A stretch of 64,000 nt of DNA from Candidatus Latescibacterota bacterium (GCA_965207885.1 OZ242311.1:2080001-2144000), one strand, 5' to 3'; shown: positions 1 through 10,347, numbered from the stretch's first letter. The notes: generated by a model from the letters alone, not told the origin. Numbers and translations are program-made.

Positions 1-866
1 CATCTACCGAGCGGTATTTATCTCAAATTGACGATGCGATTATTGAAGGCGCGTATTTTGAGGGATCAAATTTGCGGGACATTGTCATGGGTGAGGAACT
101 TGTGGAACGCCTTGAGGTGGGCTTAAACGACAGGGTTGTCGTGACGATGGCGCAAGCCGGGAGCGGCGATCTCTCGCAAGAGATGTTTCGCGTTTCTGGA
201 ATTTATCGTTTTGCCGACGAGGGGATGAACAGCGGCATGGCGTTTATTCGATTGGGGAAGGCGCAGCAGATGCTCGCTCTCGGCGCAGGGGCGCACGAAA
301 TCGCGCTGAAGTTCATCGATTCGATATCCGCCGAGGATCAGAATCTGTTGTTTTGGAAAACTTATTCGCAAGGGGGAAACAAAGCGCGCAGTTGGACAGA
401 GGTTTTGCCAGAGGTGCAAGCGATGTTCGAGATGTCGAAATTCAGCAAGTACATTATGGGCTTTGTGCTGTTTGGCGTGGTTGTTTTTGGCATTGTCAAT
501 ACGCTGTTTATGTCGCTTTACGAACGGATGTTTGAATTTGGCGTGTTGCGTGCAATTGGCACGCGTCCGTTTGGCATGGCGCGGCTGATTCTGTTTGAGG
601 CAGGGGCATTGGCTGTTCTGGGTATTATTTTGGGTACGATTTTTGGGTTCTGTGTCACTTTAATTTTTGCAACAATTGGTATTGACTACACGGGGATCGA
701 GATGATGGGCATCACCATGCAAGAGTTGATCTATCCGGAGATGCGTATTCAGCCGTTTATTTTTTATTCGATCTGGATCTTTGTTTTTACAATTATCGCA
801 GGGCTGTATCCGGCGCGGTATGCGGCGAAGATGTCTGCGGCGACGGCGATGCGAAGAAGTTTCTGA
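1..866 (+). CDS. ABC transporter permease, FtsX/MacB/LolE family (5'-truncated by window edge)
   Basis: Frame is open from base 3. Has the NTLFMSLYERMFEFGVLRAIG FtsX motif, C-terminal TM helices and YPARYAAKM; an ABC ATPase follows. Confidence 0.9.
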   Translation, partial: STERYLSQIDDAIIEGAYFEGSNLRDIVMGEELVERLEVGLNDRVVVTMAQAGSGDLSQEMFRVSGIYRFADEGMNSGMAFIRLGKAQQMLALGAGAHEIALKFIDSISAEDQNLLFWKTYSQGGNKARSWTEVLPEVQAMFEMSKFSKYIMGFVLFGVVVFGIVNTLFMSLYERMFEFGVLRAIGTRPFGMARLILFEAGALAVLGIILGTIFGFCVTLIFATIGIDYTGIEMMGITMQELIYPEMRIQPFIFYSIWIFVFTIIAGLYPARYAAKMSAATAMRRSF

Positions 867-879
867 AGAGGATATCGCG

Positions 880-1569
880 GTGTCTGTAATTGTGACAGAA
901 GGGGTGACCAGAGTTTATTCGGGCGATGGCGTGCCCGTTCACGCCTTGCGCGGGGTTGATCTGACCATTGAGCGCGGCGAATTTGCAGCGTTGGTTGGAC
1001 CTTCTGGATCGGGGAAAACGACTTTTCTCAATATCATCTCCGGGCTGGATACACCAACAGATGGAAAGGTATGGCTCAATGGCAAACTTTTGTCGCGTAT
1101 GAGCGGTAACGCACTTTCGGATTTTCGGCGAGACAATATCGGATTTATTTTTCAAGCGTACAATTTGATTCCGGTGCTGACTGTCGAGGAAAATATTGAG
1201 TATATTATGCTCCTGCAAAAGATACCCAAATCTGAGCGGCACGAGCGCGTACTGGCGATACTGAATGAGGTGGGATTGGGTGGGATGGCGAGTCGCAAGC
1301 CGACACAACTTTCGGGTGGACAGCAACAGCGGGTCGCGATTGCACGGGCTATGGTGTCTCAGCCAGCGATTATTCTGGCGGATGAACCGACGGCGAATCT
1401 CGATTCAAAGATTGGCGCAGAGTTGCTCGATATGATGTATCGGCTCAATACGCAGACTGGAATGACATTTATTTTTTCTACACATGATCCGATGGTGATG
1501 GCGCGTGCGAGGCGGCTGATTGCGCTGAAAGACGGAGAGATTGAGCGCGATGAGGTAGGGGTACCATGA
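880..1569 (+). CDS. ABC transporter ATP-binding protein (LolD/MacB-type)
   Basis: Walker A GPSGSGKT, signature LSGGQQQR, Walker B ILADEPT. GTG start at 880 after a GAGGA RBS. Confidence 0.93.
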   Translation: MSVIVTEGVTRVYSGDGVPVHALRGVDLTIERGEFAALVGPSGSGKTTFLNIISGLDTPTDGKVWLNGKLLSRMSGNALSDFRRDNIGFIFQAYNLIPVLTVEENIEYIMLLQKIPKSERHERVLAILNEVGLGGMASRKPTQLSGGQQQRVAIARAMVSQPAIILADEPTANLDSKIGAELLDMMYRLNTQTGMTFIFSTHDPMVMARARRLIALKDGEIERDEVGVP

Positions 1570-2747
1570 GATGGCTTGTTGGGCCAATGATCGCGCTTTT
1601 GCCACACGTCGGCATGGCTGCACAACTGAGCGGTTTTTACAAGGGTTTTTCCGTCGCTTTTGATTCGCCACAGGTGGGTGTTCCTATAAAGGGTATGGTG
1701 AGTAATCGGCTGCGGTTCAATCTCGCCAATTCGTTCAGCGAGCACATCTCGGTTGATCTCGCCTACGACTTTATCCTGCGTATTCAGGATTCAACGTTGT
1801 TTGAGAATCAGGCGGAGATTCTTACTATTGACCCGCACGATTATCGCGTTGCCGATCTGGAGTCACCTATTTATCCCGGCGATAATGATCCCATCGGCAG
1901 CGTTGGCGTGTTTCAAAACTTCGACCGAGCTAATGTGACAGCGCGTTTGTCATTTGCAGATGTGATTGTCGGGCGTCAGGCGATTGCGTGGGGAAGTGCG
2001 CGGGTCGTCAATCCGACGGATGTGATCGCGCCGTTTACATATAGTGAATTGGATACGGAAGACCGCTCAGGTGTCGATGCCGTGCGCGTGCGCGTCCCGA
2101 TTGGAGCACTGAGCGAAGTCGATGTGGGGTATGTGTTTGGACGAGACTTCGCGGGTGATCGGAGTGCGTTTTTTGCTCGCGGTCAATTCAATGTGTCGGA
2201 GACCGATATGTCGCCGCTACTCGTCCGTTTCCGCGAGCAGTTGCTCTTTGGTATTGATGTTGCTCGTGGCATTGGAAGTGTTGGGGCGTGGATAGAGGGT
2301 GCTCGCGTTTTTTCGATGGGACGAGATGCGAACGACTATTTTCGCGTATCTACGGGCATGGATTACAGCTTCGGTGGCGAGACTTATGGGTTCATCGAAT
2401 ACCACTTCAACGGAGCGGGGGTGCGCGACCCTGAAGATTATCTCGTCAATTTAAATCGCCCGACATATCGCGATGCTGCTGTCTATCTTATGGGCGCCCA
2501 CTACTTCGCGCTTGGCGCCACCCACCAACTTACGCCGCTGGTCGCGTTGAGCGGACAGTTTCTCGCAAATGTCACTGATTCGTCGTTCTTTTTTGCACCT
2601 GCTATCGAATACAATATCGAGCAGGATTTCTACCTTTCTGGGGGTGCGTTTATAGGTATTGGCGATCGCCCACAAGGTGAGCATTTCCAATCCGAGTTCG
2701 GCGGGTATTCCAATATCCTGTTTTTTTCGTTCCGAATTTATTACTGA
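1566..2747 (+). CDS. Putative outer-membrane beta-barrel protein associated with the ABC transporter
   Basis: Signal peptide, GRQAIAWG motif, alternating beta-strand pattern, aromatic C-terminus (FSFRIYY). Start overlaps the ATPase stop (ATGA). Confidence 0.7.
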   Translation: MRWLVGPMIALLPHVGMAAQLSGFYKGFSVAFDSPQVGVPIKGMVSNRLRFNLANSFSEHISVDLAYDFILRIQDSTLFENQAEILTIDPHDYRVADLESPIYPGDNDPIGSVGVFQNFDRANVTARLSFADVIVGRQAIAWGSARVVNPTDVIAPFTYSELDTEDRSGVDAVRVRVPIGALSEVDVGYVFGRDFAGDRSAFFARGQFNVSETDMSPLLVRFREQLLFGIDVARGIGSVGAWIEGARVFSMGRDANDYFRVSTGMDYSFGGETYGFIEYHFNGAGVRDPEDYLVNLNRPTYRDAAVYLMGAHYFALGATHQLTPLVALSGQFLANVTDSSFFFAPAIEYNIEQDFYLSGGAFIGIGDRPQGEHFQSEFGGYSNILFFSFRIYY

Positions 2748-2853
2748 CGCGATTCAGACTTTGATCATTTTCCTTGACTTCACCTTCACAACGCGTTTTC
2801 ATATCAGCGCAACTGAGATAACTGACAACAGTTTTTTATCAGGAGGTAATACG

Positions 2854-3717
2854 ATGCATGTGGGTATGCGAATCCCGCCGATGGGGCGGGAAATGGGGTT
2901 GGATGGAATTATTCAATGGGCATCAGAAAACGGTTTGGGGTCAATTGATTTGCCCGAAGTAGATGCTGAAATTCGCAGGATGTGTGACAGTGCTGAGATT
3001 GGGATTGGCTCTGTGGATTGGGGGGCCGGAGGTGGATTGTTGAGCAAAGATGATGGTGCGCGAGAAGAAGCTGTGGCCGCGATGAAGGCGCGCATTCAAG
3101 CGGTTGGGGCATATGGTTCAGGGGTGATTTTTTTGTGTCTGGCTCCCGATGACCGGTTGCAGGCTCGGGCTGAGACCTTTGAGGTGTTTAAGCAGGTCTA
3201 TCCAGAGATTGTGGAAGAGGCAGAAGCACACGAGGTTTTTCTCGCGATTGAACCCTGGCCTGGTCCGGCACCAGCATACCCAAATTTGGGTTGTACGCCC
3301 GAGACTTTGCGGGCGATTTTTGAGGTTGTTCCGTCACCCAATCTGGGGATTTGTTACGATCCGTCGCATTTCGCGCGTATCGGGGTTGATTACAAGCGGT
3401 TGCTGATGGAGTTTGGCAGCCGGGTGCGGCATGTGCATGCAAAGGATACCGAGTTGTTGGCGGATGGCCTGTACGAGTTTGGCTGTTTGGGCCAATCGTT
3501 TGGTCAGCGCTATGGTTATGGCGAGGGGTGGTGGCGTTACTGCATTCCCGGATGGGGGGTGGTGGATTGGAGATGGGTGATTGCGCGTCTGGAAGAATTG
3601 GGCTATGACGGGCCGTTGGCCATTGAATTGGAAGACCATCGCTACAGCGGCAGTGCCGAAAAGAATGCGGCAGGTATTTTGGCAGCAAAAAGCTACCTCG
3701 AAGATATTTTGGGATGA
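2854..3717 (+). CDS. Sugar phosphate isomerase/epimerase (xylose isomerase-like TIM barrel)
   Basis: AIEPW, YDPSH, HVHAKD and IELED metal-binding motifs. AGGAGG RBS precedes ATG 2854. Confidence 0.85.
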   Translation: MHVGMRIPPMGREMGLDGIIQWASENGLGSIDLPEVDAEIRRMCDSAEIGIGSVDWGAGGGLLSKDDGAREEAVAAMKARIQAVGAYGSGVIFLCLAPDDRLQARAETFEVFKQVYPEIVEEAEAHEVFLAIEPWPGPAPAYPNLGCTPETLRAIFEVVPSPNLGICYDPSHFARIGVDYKRLLMEFGSRVRHVHAKDTELLADGLYEFGCLGQSFGQRYGYGEGWWRYCIPGWGVVDWRWVIARLEELGYDGPLAIELEDHRYSGSAEKNAAGILAAKSYLEDILG

Positions 3718-3733
3718 ACTGCTCGATAAGGTT

Positions 3734-3776
3734 AAGCCCCCACAAGCGATATACTGTGGGGGCTTTTTGTTTTTTA
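3734..3776. terminator. Intrinsic terminator between convergent genes
   Basis: AAGCCCCCACA...TGTGGGGGCTT hairpin followed by T-tracts. Confidence 0.8.
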
Positions 3777-3787
3777 AACAGTGTTAC

Positions 3788-4675
3788 TTAGCTCGATAGG
3801 GCGCGTTTCATTGTTGCGCCCATTTCGGCGGGGCTTTCGCACACGTGAATGCCGGCTTCTTGAAGCGCGGCCATTTTGTCGGCGGCGGTGCCCTGTCCGC
3901 CAGAGATAATTGCGCCCGCATGCCCCATGCGTCGTCCCGGAGGTGCTGTTTGGCCCGCGATAAAACTGACCACGGGTTTGCCAAAGTGCGCTTTGACATA
4001 AGCGGCGGCTTCTTCTTCGGCGGTGCCGCCAATTTCCCCGATCATGATGACGGCGTCTGTGTCGGGGTCGTCCTTGAAGAGCGCGAGGCAGTCTGTAAAG
4101 GTCGTGCCGATAATGGGGTCGCCGCCGATTCCCACACACGACGATTGACCAAAGCCACTATCGGTGAGTTGGGAGACCGCTTCATAGGTGAGTGTGCCGC
4201 TGCGCGAAATGACACCAATGCGACCTTCGCGGTGAATCGCGCCGGGCATAATGCCGATTTTGCACTTGCCAGGAGAAATCAGGCCCGGACAATTGGGGCC
4301 GATCAAACGCGTGTTTTTATCGGCCATATAGTGTTTGGCTTTTAGCATGTCGAGCACGGGTATGTTCTCAGAGATGCAAACGACCAGAGGTAGGCCTGCA
4401 TCGGTCGCTTCCATGATGGTGTCGGCTGCAAAGGGTGCGGGAACAAAATTGGCCGATGCCGTGGCACCTGTTTGTTCTACTGCATCGGATACAGTATCAA
4501 AAACGGGTATGCCATCCACGCTCTCGCGGCCTTTGCCCGCGTTGACCACGCCGACGACTTGCGTGCCGTAATCTACCATTTGTTGCAGGTGAAATCGCGC
4601 TTCGCCACCCATTGCTCTGCTGCTGGAAAAGCTCTGGACGATCACGCGGGTGTTGTTGTCAATGAGGATGCTCAT
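3788..4675 (-). CDS. sucD: Succinate--CoA ligase alpha subunit
   Basis: [23 protein letters not shown] and the phospho-His motif RMGHAGA. Confidence 0.93.
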   Translation of the reverse strand: MSILIDNNTRVIVQSFSSSRAMGGEARFHLQQMVDYGTQVVGVVNAGKGRESVDGIPVFDTVSDAVEQTGATASANFVPAPFAADTIMEATDAGLPLVVCISENIPVLDMLKAKHYMADKNTRLIGPNCPGLISPGKCKIGIMPGAIHREGRIGVISRSGTLTYEAVSQLTDSGFGQSSCVGIGGDPIIGTTFTDCLALFKDDPDTDAVIMIGEIGGTAEEEAAAYVKAHFGKPVVSFIAGQTAPPGRRMGHAGAIISGGQGTAADKMAALQEAGIHVCESPAEMGATMKRALSS

Positions 4676-4699
4676 AAAACTTGTCCTTGTGGTTGAAAT

Positions 4700-4766
4700 A
4701 CGAATCAACGAAGGGATTCGCACTGACTTTGGGTGGCTGGGTGGGGTTCGTCTATTCGTCTATTCG
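4700..4766. repeat. Dispersed 8-mer tandem-repeat hairpin element, copy 1
   Basis: (CGAATCAA)n ... G/T-rich core ... (TTCGTCTA)n; homologous to 34161-34244. Confidence 0.7.
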
Positions 4767-5465
4767 CGCTTCTTTAGTTCGTTCTTCGATTGTGCCATCT
4801 GTTTTGCCGATGATGATGCGATCTGTTAGACCTATAAAAAGACCGCATTCGACCACGCCGCATATGGCGTTGATTTTTGCTTCGAGCATGGGCGGGTCGT
4901 CAATGCGACCAAAATCGCAATCGATGATGTAATTGCCGTTGTCTGTGACAAAAGGCGTGTTGTCCTGCGCGTTGCGAAGCGTGGGATGACAGCCCAGGTC
5001 TGCGAGCAGGCGTTGTATGGCTTGCCAGCCAAAGGGAATGACTTCAACGGGCAGGGGAAAAGCGCCCAGGTGCGCTACGGGTTTGGATTCGTCGGCGACG
5101 ATGATTTCCCTGTCGGATAGAGAGGCGACGATTTTTTCTCGCAAAAGCGCGCCACCGCCACCTTTTATGAGGTTAAAGTCCGGGTCAAATTCATCCGCGC
5201 CGTCAATGGTCAGGTCAATGCGGGTAACTTTGCCGAAGTCGGTGAGTGGGATATTTTCCGATTCCGCCTGAATGCGCGATTGCTCTGAGGTGGGTATGCC
5301 ACATATATCGAGCCCTTCAGCGATGCGCTGGCCGAGTTTTTGAATTGCAAAAAAAGCCGTTGATCCTGTGCCCAGACCGACGACCATGCCATCTTCTACA
5401 TATTCGGCAGCCCGTTCTCCTGCTAATTGCTTGGGGTTAATGGTCATATCTGTTCCATCCTTCAT
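4752..5465 (-). CDS. rpiA: Ribose-5-phosphate isomerase A
   Basis: GLGTGST, DGADE and [11 protein letters not shown] motifs. The true start may be 5447. Confidence 0.96.
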   Translation of the reverse strand: MKDGTDMTINPKQLAGERAAEYVEDGMVVGLGTGSTAFFAIQKLGQRIAEGLDICGIPTSEQSRIQAESENIPLTDFGKVTRIDLTIDGADEFDPDFNLIKGGGGALLREKIVASLSDREIIVADESKPVAHLGAFPLPVEVIPFGWQAIQRLLADLGCHPTLRNAQDNTPFVTDNGNYIIDCDFGRIDDPPMLEAKINAICGVVECGLFIGLTDRIIIGKTDGTIEERTKEARIDE

Positions 5466-5620
5466 AATAAAAACAAGCAGAAGATAAACGGAAGATAGTG
5501 ATTTGGCAATGATTTTGACTCAGACAGGCACGGTATTTTTCTATTTATTTTTTTTAAAAATTGTCATACTCTATCAAATAGGCAGGGCAAAGTTGAATAT
5601 GATTAAATTCGGAGAAAAAT

Positions 5621-6457
5621 ATGGCTTATCGCACATTGGAAGATTTTTTTGGTGATATTGTGGGGAAAGCGCGTCGGGGACAGGGGATTTCGGAATCGGA
5701 GCTGGCGCAACGGGTGGGGCTTAGTGTTCGACAAATTGGGCAAATAGAATCGTACGAACTGACGCCCGATGATCAGGCCATTTGCCGACTTGCAGACGCA
5801 CTTCATCTCGATGGTAAAAAGTTGGCGGAGGTGGCGCGTGGATGGGTGCCAGCGCAGGGCAATGCGGCGTTTGAAGACGAGAATATGCGGGTTGACCGAT
5901 TGATTCTCGACGCGGGCATGACGGTGAATTGTTATGTCCTAAAGTGTAAGGTGTCGGGCAAAGGAGCTGTGATTGATCCCGGTGGGCAGGCGCAGTTGAT
6001 TTTGGATGCGATTGCCGATATACAGGTGACGCACATTTTGCTCACACACGGGCACGGCGATCACGTTGGGGCACTCGAAGCCGTTGCCGATACGACACAG
6101 GCGCAGGTATGTGGTTGCGAGCGCGATTTTGCGTTGATGGCCGGGCGCAGCAGGCGGGTGACGGAACGCGTGGATGAGGGGTGGCAAACAGCGATTGGCG
6201 AACTCGGTATTGATACGGTGAGTTTGCCCGGGCACACGGGTGGTGGTATTGGGTATTATACTTCACCTGTGTTTTTTTCGGGCGACGCGCTATTTGCGGG
6301 TTCTCTGGGAGGGGCGAGGGGAGATGCCTACCGAGGGCAAATTCAGGCCGTGCGTGCGAAGGTGCTCTCTCTACCGGGAGAAACGACCATTTTTCCCGGA
6401 CATGGTCCGATTACGTCTGTGGTGCAAGAGCTGGCGCACAATCCCTATTTTGTTTAA
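5621..6457 (+). CDS. XRE-type HTH fused to MBL-fold metallo-hydrolase (glyoxalase II-like)
   Basis: N-terminal ARRGQGISESELAQRVGLS...IESYE HTH; MBL motifs THGHGDH, PGHT, GDALF and PGHG. Confidence 0.85.
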   Translation: MAYRTLEDFFGDIVGKARRGQGISESELAQRVGLSVRQIGQIESYELTPDDQAICRLADALHLDGKKLAEVARGWVPAQGNAAFEDENMRVDRLILDAGMTVNCYVLKCKVSGKGAVIDPGGQAQLILDAIADIQVTHILLTHGHGDHVGALEAVADTTQAQVCGCERDFALMAGRSRRVTERVDEGWQTAIGELGIDTVSLPGHTGGGIGYYTSPVFFSGDALFAGSLGGARGDAYRGQIQAVRAKVLSLPGETTIFPGHGPITSVVQELAHNPYFV

Positions 6458-6477
6458 AAAGAATCCGGGAACCTTTT

Positions 6478-6675
6478 TTATTCTTTTTCGGATTCCTGGG
6501 TTTCAACCCATTGTCCAATGGCCTGGCGAATGGATTCGACTGCGGCTTTTTTGCGCTCAAGGCGGTCAATATGCACGCGTAGCTGATCAATTTGTGCGTC
6601 GAGATCTCGAAGTTCACCATTTGCTGCTTCAAGTGCTTGTTGATACAGGGGTTCGCTATGGGTCGGTTCTGCCAT
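6478..6675 (-). CDS. Small coiled-coil hypothetical protein
   Basis: 65 aa with heptad Leu/Ile periodicity; AAGGAG RBS upstream. Confidence 0.7.
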   Translation of the reverse strand: MAEPTHSEPLYQQALEAANGELRDLDAQIDQLRVHIDRLERKKAAVESIRQAIGQWVETQESEKE

Positions 6676-6805
6676 GAATTAAGCTCCTTGTAGAAAAAAA
6701 ATGAAATACGCGATCTGGCTAAACATAACCTGTGTGGCCTTGCGTCGTCAAGTGCGAAAAAGTCCGCTCGCTGTTGGTTTGTGAAAACGGTGTATTTTTT
6801 TGTCT

Positions 6806-6832
6806 TTACAATCCGTTACAATTTATTACAAT
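6806..6832. promoter_or_regulatory. Triple direct repeat TTACAAT with 10-bp period (putative winged-helix regulator site)
   Basis: TTACAAT at 6806, 6816 and 6826 in a divergent intergenic region. Confidence 0.5.
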
Positions 6833-7031
6833 TTTCATGGGAACGTAGTGGTTCTGCCAGTTGTTTAATGCCGTAAATACTGATTCACAAGAGACATGCA
6901 ACTTTCTTTTGATTCACGCATTTAAAAAAGGTAGTAAATTCCAATATTTATTATAGTGGGTGTTGAGAGTATGTCAACGCTGTCTCACAGGGATATTTCT
7001 CACTGTTGATTTCGTTGCAAAGGAGCTAAAC

Positions 7032-10000
7032 ATGGCTCGGTGGTGTCTTTTCGTACGAAGCGCAATATGCGCCCTTATCTTGGGTGTTTCAAGCTCTGCT
7101 TTCGGGCAGGAATATTTTGGCAAAAACAAGGTCAATTACAGCCAGTATGTATGGCATTATATCGACAGTGAACACTTCACGGTTTATTTTGACAAGGGTT
7201 CACTGGGGCTGGCCGAGTTTGTTGCCAAAGAAGCCGAAAGATCTTTGGTACACATTGAGAAAACGCTGAAATATACGATGAAGGATCGCTATCCCATTGT
7301 TATTTACAATTCTCACAATGGATTTTCAGTGTCGAATATTATCAGCGGGGAACAGTCTGAGTTTACGGGCGGATATACCGAGTTTGCCCAGGGGCGCGTG
7401 GTGATTCCCTTTACGGGATCTTATGGGGATTTGCAACATGTTATCCACCACGAACTGGTTCATGCGGTTACGATTGAGTTGTGGACCGGTGGTGGCTGGT
7501 TGGGGTCTCTGGTTTCGCAAACATCGACGTTACCTCCGCTGTGGATTGCCGAGGGCATTGCCGAATACGTATCTCGATATGGCTGGCACAAAGAGCACGA
7601 TAATTTTATGCGCGATGCAACCATTACCGGATATGTGCCGACTATCGAAATGATGTCCCTGAGTTATTTTGCCTATCCCGGTGGCAATTCAGTTTTTTAC
7701 ATGATAGAACAGGAATACGGCAAGGACAAAGTGGCATCTTTTATTTCTTCTTTCCGAACGGCCAAAAATCCCGATAAAGCACTCAAAGCATCTCTGGGAT
7801 TTGGGATGAAGGAATTGGAGGAAAAATATCAATTGTGGCTCAAGCGGCAATACTGGAATGAGATCAATTTGCGCCATACGCCCAAAGAAATGGCAACAAA
7901 TTTGACAGAGCACGAAGATAGGCGTTCGGCGTATAATTTAGCTGCTGCGTTATCCCCACAAGGCGACAAGGTCGCGTATTTGACCGACCGGAATGGCACG
8001 TTTGATATTTATTTGATGTCGGCGATTGATGGCAAAGACCTGGGGCGTTTGGTCGAGGGCCAAAAGTCGTCTGCTTTTGAGTCGATGTTTGTTTTGCGGC
8101 CCGGATTTACCTGGTCGCCGGATGGTCGGCACATTGCATTCGCCGCCAAATCGAATAACAAAAATACCCTGTATATCCTCGAAGTTAAAAATAAACAGAT
8201 TCGCAAGCGCTTTAAGTTTGACCTCGATGGCTTGTTTGAACCCACCTGGTCGCCAGATGGGAAAAAAATAGCCGTCGCGGGTATTAAAGATGGCTGGTCC
8301 GACGTCTATGTGGTCGATTTGAACGATGAGTCGCTTACGCGGCTTACAAATGATCCCTATGACGAGCGGCATCTGGATTGGTCGCCCGATGGTACCTGGA
8401 TCGCCATGAGTTCTGATCGTCCCGATACCCATTTGAAGTTCAGCGGGGGGAAGGATTTTGCTTTTGGTCAGTACGATATTTTCTTACTGCGTACAGATGG
8501 TTCCGGGATGCGCCGCATTGTCGCTTCTGAAGATGCCGAGGATTCGCATCCCGTGTGGGGTGCCGATAGCAAACACGTCGCCTTTGTTTCTGATCGCACG
8601 GGTGTGGGCAATATCTATATTGCAGATGTTGACAGTACGCAGGAGATATATCCCATTACTAATTTGCTGTCAGGGGCGCAATATCTCGATTGGTCAGCCG
8701 ATGGCAAAAAAATCGTGTTCAATGCGTTTCACAAGGGTGCCCTGGATATATTTGTGATGCGCGACCCACTTGCAGAGCGAAAAGAAATGGCGGATTTGCC
8801 GCGCACCCGGTTTGTCAAGCGCCTTGCTGGCGAAGATGAAAAGATGTTTGTCGAGTTGCAAAAGGAAAAATATGCGAGCCGCAAGATTGACAAAGTAGAA
8901 GCCGACAGCACCGCGGTCGATTCGACAGCAGAAAAAACAGAAAAGAAAGTAGCGCAGTGGATTTCCGATCAGGAAGCACTTGCAGCTGCAGAGAGTGCAC
9001 CTGCAGATAGTACGACTGAAATCGATACCACACATCCGGTTGCAGGTAGCCCAGAAATGGCCGATACCGGCAAACAAGGGGTGAAAAACTGGGGTGAAAA
9101 GGAATTTTTGGTTAAGAAATACAAGCTGAAATTCAAGCCCGAACTATTTGGTGCTCAGGCGGGGTTTGATACGTTCTACGGTGTGAGTAGCTCTATTGTA
9201 TTGTCGATGAGTGATGTGATGGGCGATCACCGCGCCACGTTGGTGACGAGTCTGAATTTTTCGCTTAAAGACAGCGATTTTCTGCTCGCTTATGCTTATT
9301 TGAAGAATCGCACAAATTACGGTGCACAACTTTTTCACACGCGATTCTTTTTCTTTGACAGTACAGGGCGCCTGACTGCGGATCGATATTACGGGCTTGC
9401 GGGAGGGCTTGAAAGACCATTTAACCGATTCTCCCGTTTGGAACTCAGTACGCGTTTTGTATCTATTGATCGCGAGGAGGTATTTACCGACAGAAATGCC
9501 AACCCGTATTATCAGCCGGGCTTTCGCGGCGTTGGGCGGTTTACGAGCGAATTGATCAATCGCCGTCGGGCGGCTATCGGCGAGGTGGCTCTGGTGGGCG
9601 ATAGCGCGTTGTACAGTTTGTTTGGCGCGGTAGATGGGCATCGCTATCGGTTAAATTTTGAAGGCTCTGGCGTGGGCATGAAATTTGCCACATTTACGCT
9701 GGATTATCGCAAATATATGCGGTTGTTAAATGAATATACCTTTGCAATTCGAATGTCGGGCGGAACGAGTTATGGCCCCAACAGCACCGTGTTTTTCCTG
9801 GGCGGTGTGAACAATCCGGTCAATCCGACATTTTCAACCATTGCCAGTGTTGATCAGAGTCGCGTCTTTTTCTCTTCTTACGTCTGGCCCTTGCGAGGCG
9901 CGAGATTGCTCGAAATGGCGGGTGATTCTTATGTGCTGGCCAATGTCGCATTTCGGTTCCCGCTCATCCGGCAATTGGCCATGGGCTGGCCCTTACCGTT

Positions 10001-10298
10001 TTTCTTCCAGAATGTACAGGGCGAATTGTTCTTCGACATTGGAGGTGCTTTTGACCGCGCCAATTGGAGAGATGGGTGGGTCGCCCGAGATGGGGGGTTT
10101 GAGCTCAATACACCGCAAAATTTTCGTACGCCGGAAATCCTGAAACCAAAACCGCAGATAGCCGCCGGGTATGGATTTGGGGTGCGGGTAAATTTGGGCT
10201 ATTTCCTGTTCCGCTACGATCTGGCCTGGCCTACGGATCTCGCAGAAACATATCATCCACACCAGTATTTCTCAATTGATTTCACGGGCTTGTTCTAA
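7032..10298 (+). CDS. Zinc metallopeptidase (MA-like) + TolB/PD40 beta-propeller + Omp85/BamA-type barrel fusion
   Basis: Signal peptide; HHELVH plus WIAEGIAEY gluzincin motifs; multiple WSPDG repeats; C-terminal barrel (YGFGVRVNLG...FRYDLAW...F). AAGGAG RBS before 7032. Confidence 0.85.
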   Translation: MARWCLFVRSAICALILGVSSSAFGQEYFGKNKVNYSQYVWHYIDSEHFTVYFDKGSLGLAEFVAKEAERSLVHIEKTLKYTMKDRYPIVIYNSHNGFSVSNIISGEQSEFTGGYTEFAQGRVVIPFTGSYGDLQHVIHHELVHAVTIELWTGGGWLGSLVSQTSTLPPLWIAEGIAEYVSRYGWHKEHDNFMRDATITGYVPTIEMMSLSYFAYPGGNSVFYMIEQEYGKDKVASFISSFRTAKNPDKALKASLGFGMKELEEKYQLWLKRQYWNEINLRHTPKEMATNLTEHEDRRSAYNLAAALSPQGDKVAYLTDRNGTFDIYLMSAIDGKDLGRLVEGQKSSAFESMFVLRPGFTWSPDGRHIAFAAKSNNKNTLYILEVKNKQIRKRFKFDLDGLFEPTWSPDGKKIAVAGIKDGWSDVYVVDLNDESLTRLTNDPYDERHLDWSPDGTWIAMSSDRPDTHLKFSGGKDFAFGQYDIFLLRTDGSGMRRIVASEDAEDSHPVWGADSKHVAFVSDRTGVGNIYIADVDSTQEIYPITNLLSGAQYLDWSADGKKIVFNAFHKGALDIFVMRDPLAERKEMADLPRTRFVKRLAGEDEKMFVELQKEKYASRKIDKVEADSTAVDSTAEKTEKKVAQWISDQEALAAAESAPADSTTEIDTTHPVAGSPEMADTGKQGVKNWGEKEFLVKKYKLKFKPELFGAQAGFDTFYGVSSSIVLSMSDVMGDHRATLVTSLNFSLKDSDFLLAYAYLKNRTNYGAQLFHTRFFFFDSTGRLTADRYYGLAGGLERPFNRFSRLELSTRFVSIDREEVFTDRNANPYYQPGFRGVGRFTSELINRRRAAIGEVALVGDSALYSLFGAVDGHRYRLNFEGSGVGMKFATFTLDYRKYMRLLNEYTFAIRMSGGTSYGPNSTVFFLGGVNNPVNPTFSTIASVDQSRVFFSSYVWPLRGARLLEMAGDSYVLANVAFRFPLIRQLAMGWPLPFFFQNVQGELFFDIGGAFDRANWRDGWVARDGGFELNTPQNFRTPEILKPKPQIAAGYGFGVRVNLGYFLFRYDLAWPTDLAETYHPHQYFSIDFTGLF

Positions 10299-10347
10299 TC
10301 CGCAGATAAAAGGCGAGATTAAGTTTAGGTTTGGATGAAAACCGATG

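Noticed and set aside
781-879. Upstream extensions of ORF-track starts (781, 2659, 4723, 6960, 25764, 26436, 54564, 56159, 58044)
   Set aside because: They overlap neighbours or terminators; downstream starts with RBS and family-consistent N-termini were used instead.
6680-7030. AT-rich intergenic region as a replication origin or riboswitch
   Set aside because: No cluster of TTATCCACA boxes and no recognisable aptamer; only the TTACAAT repeat is reported.
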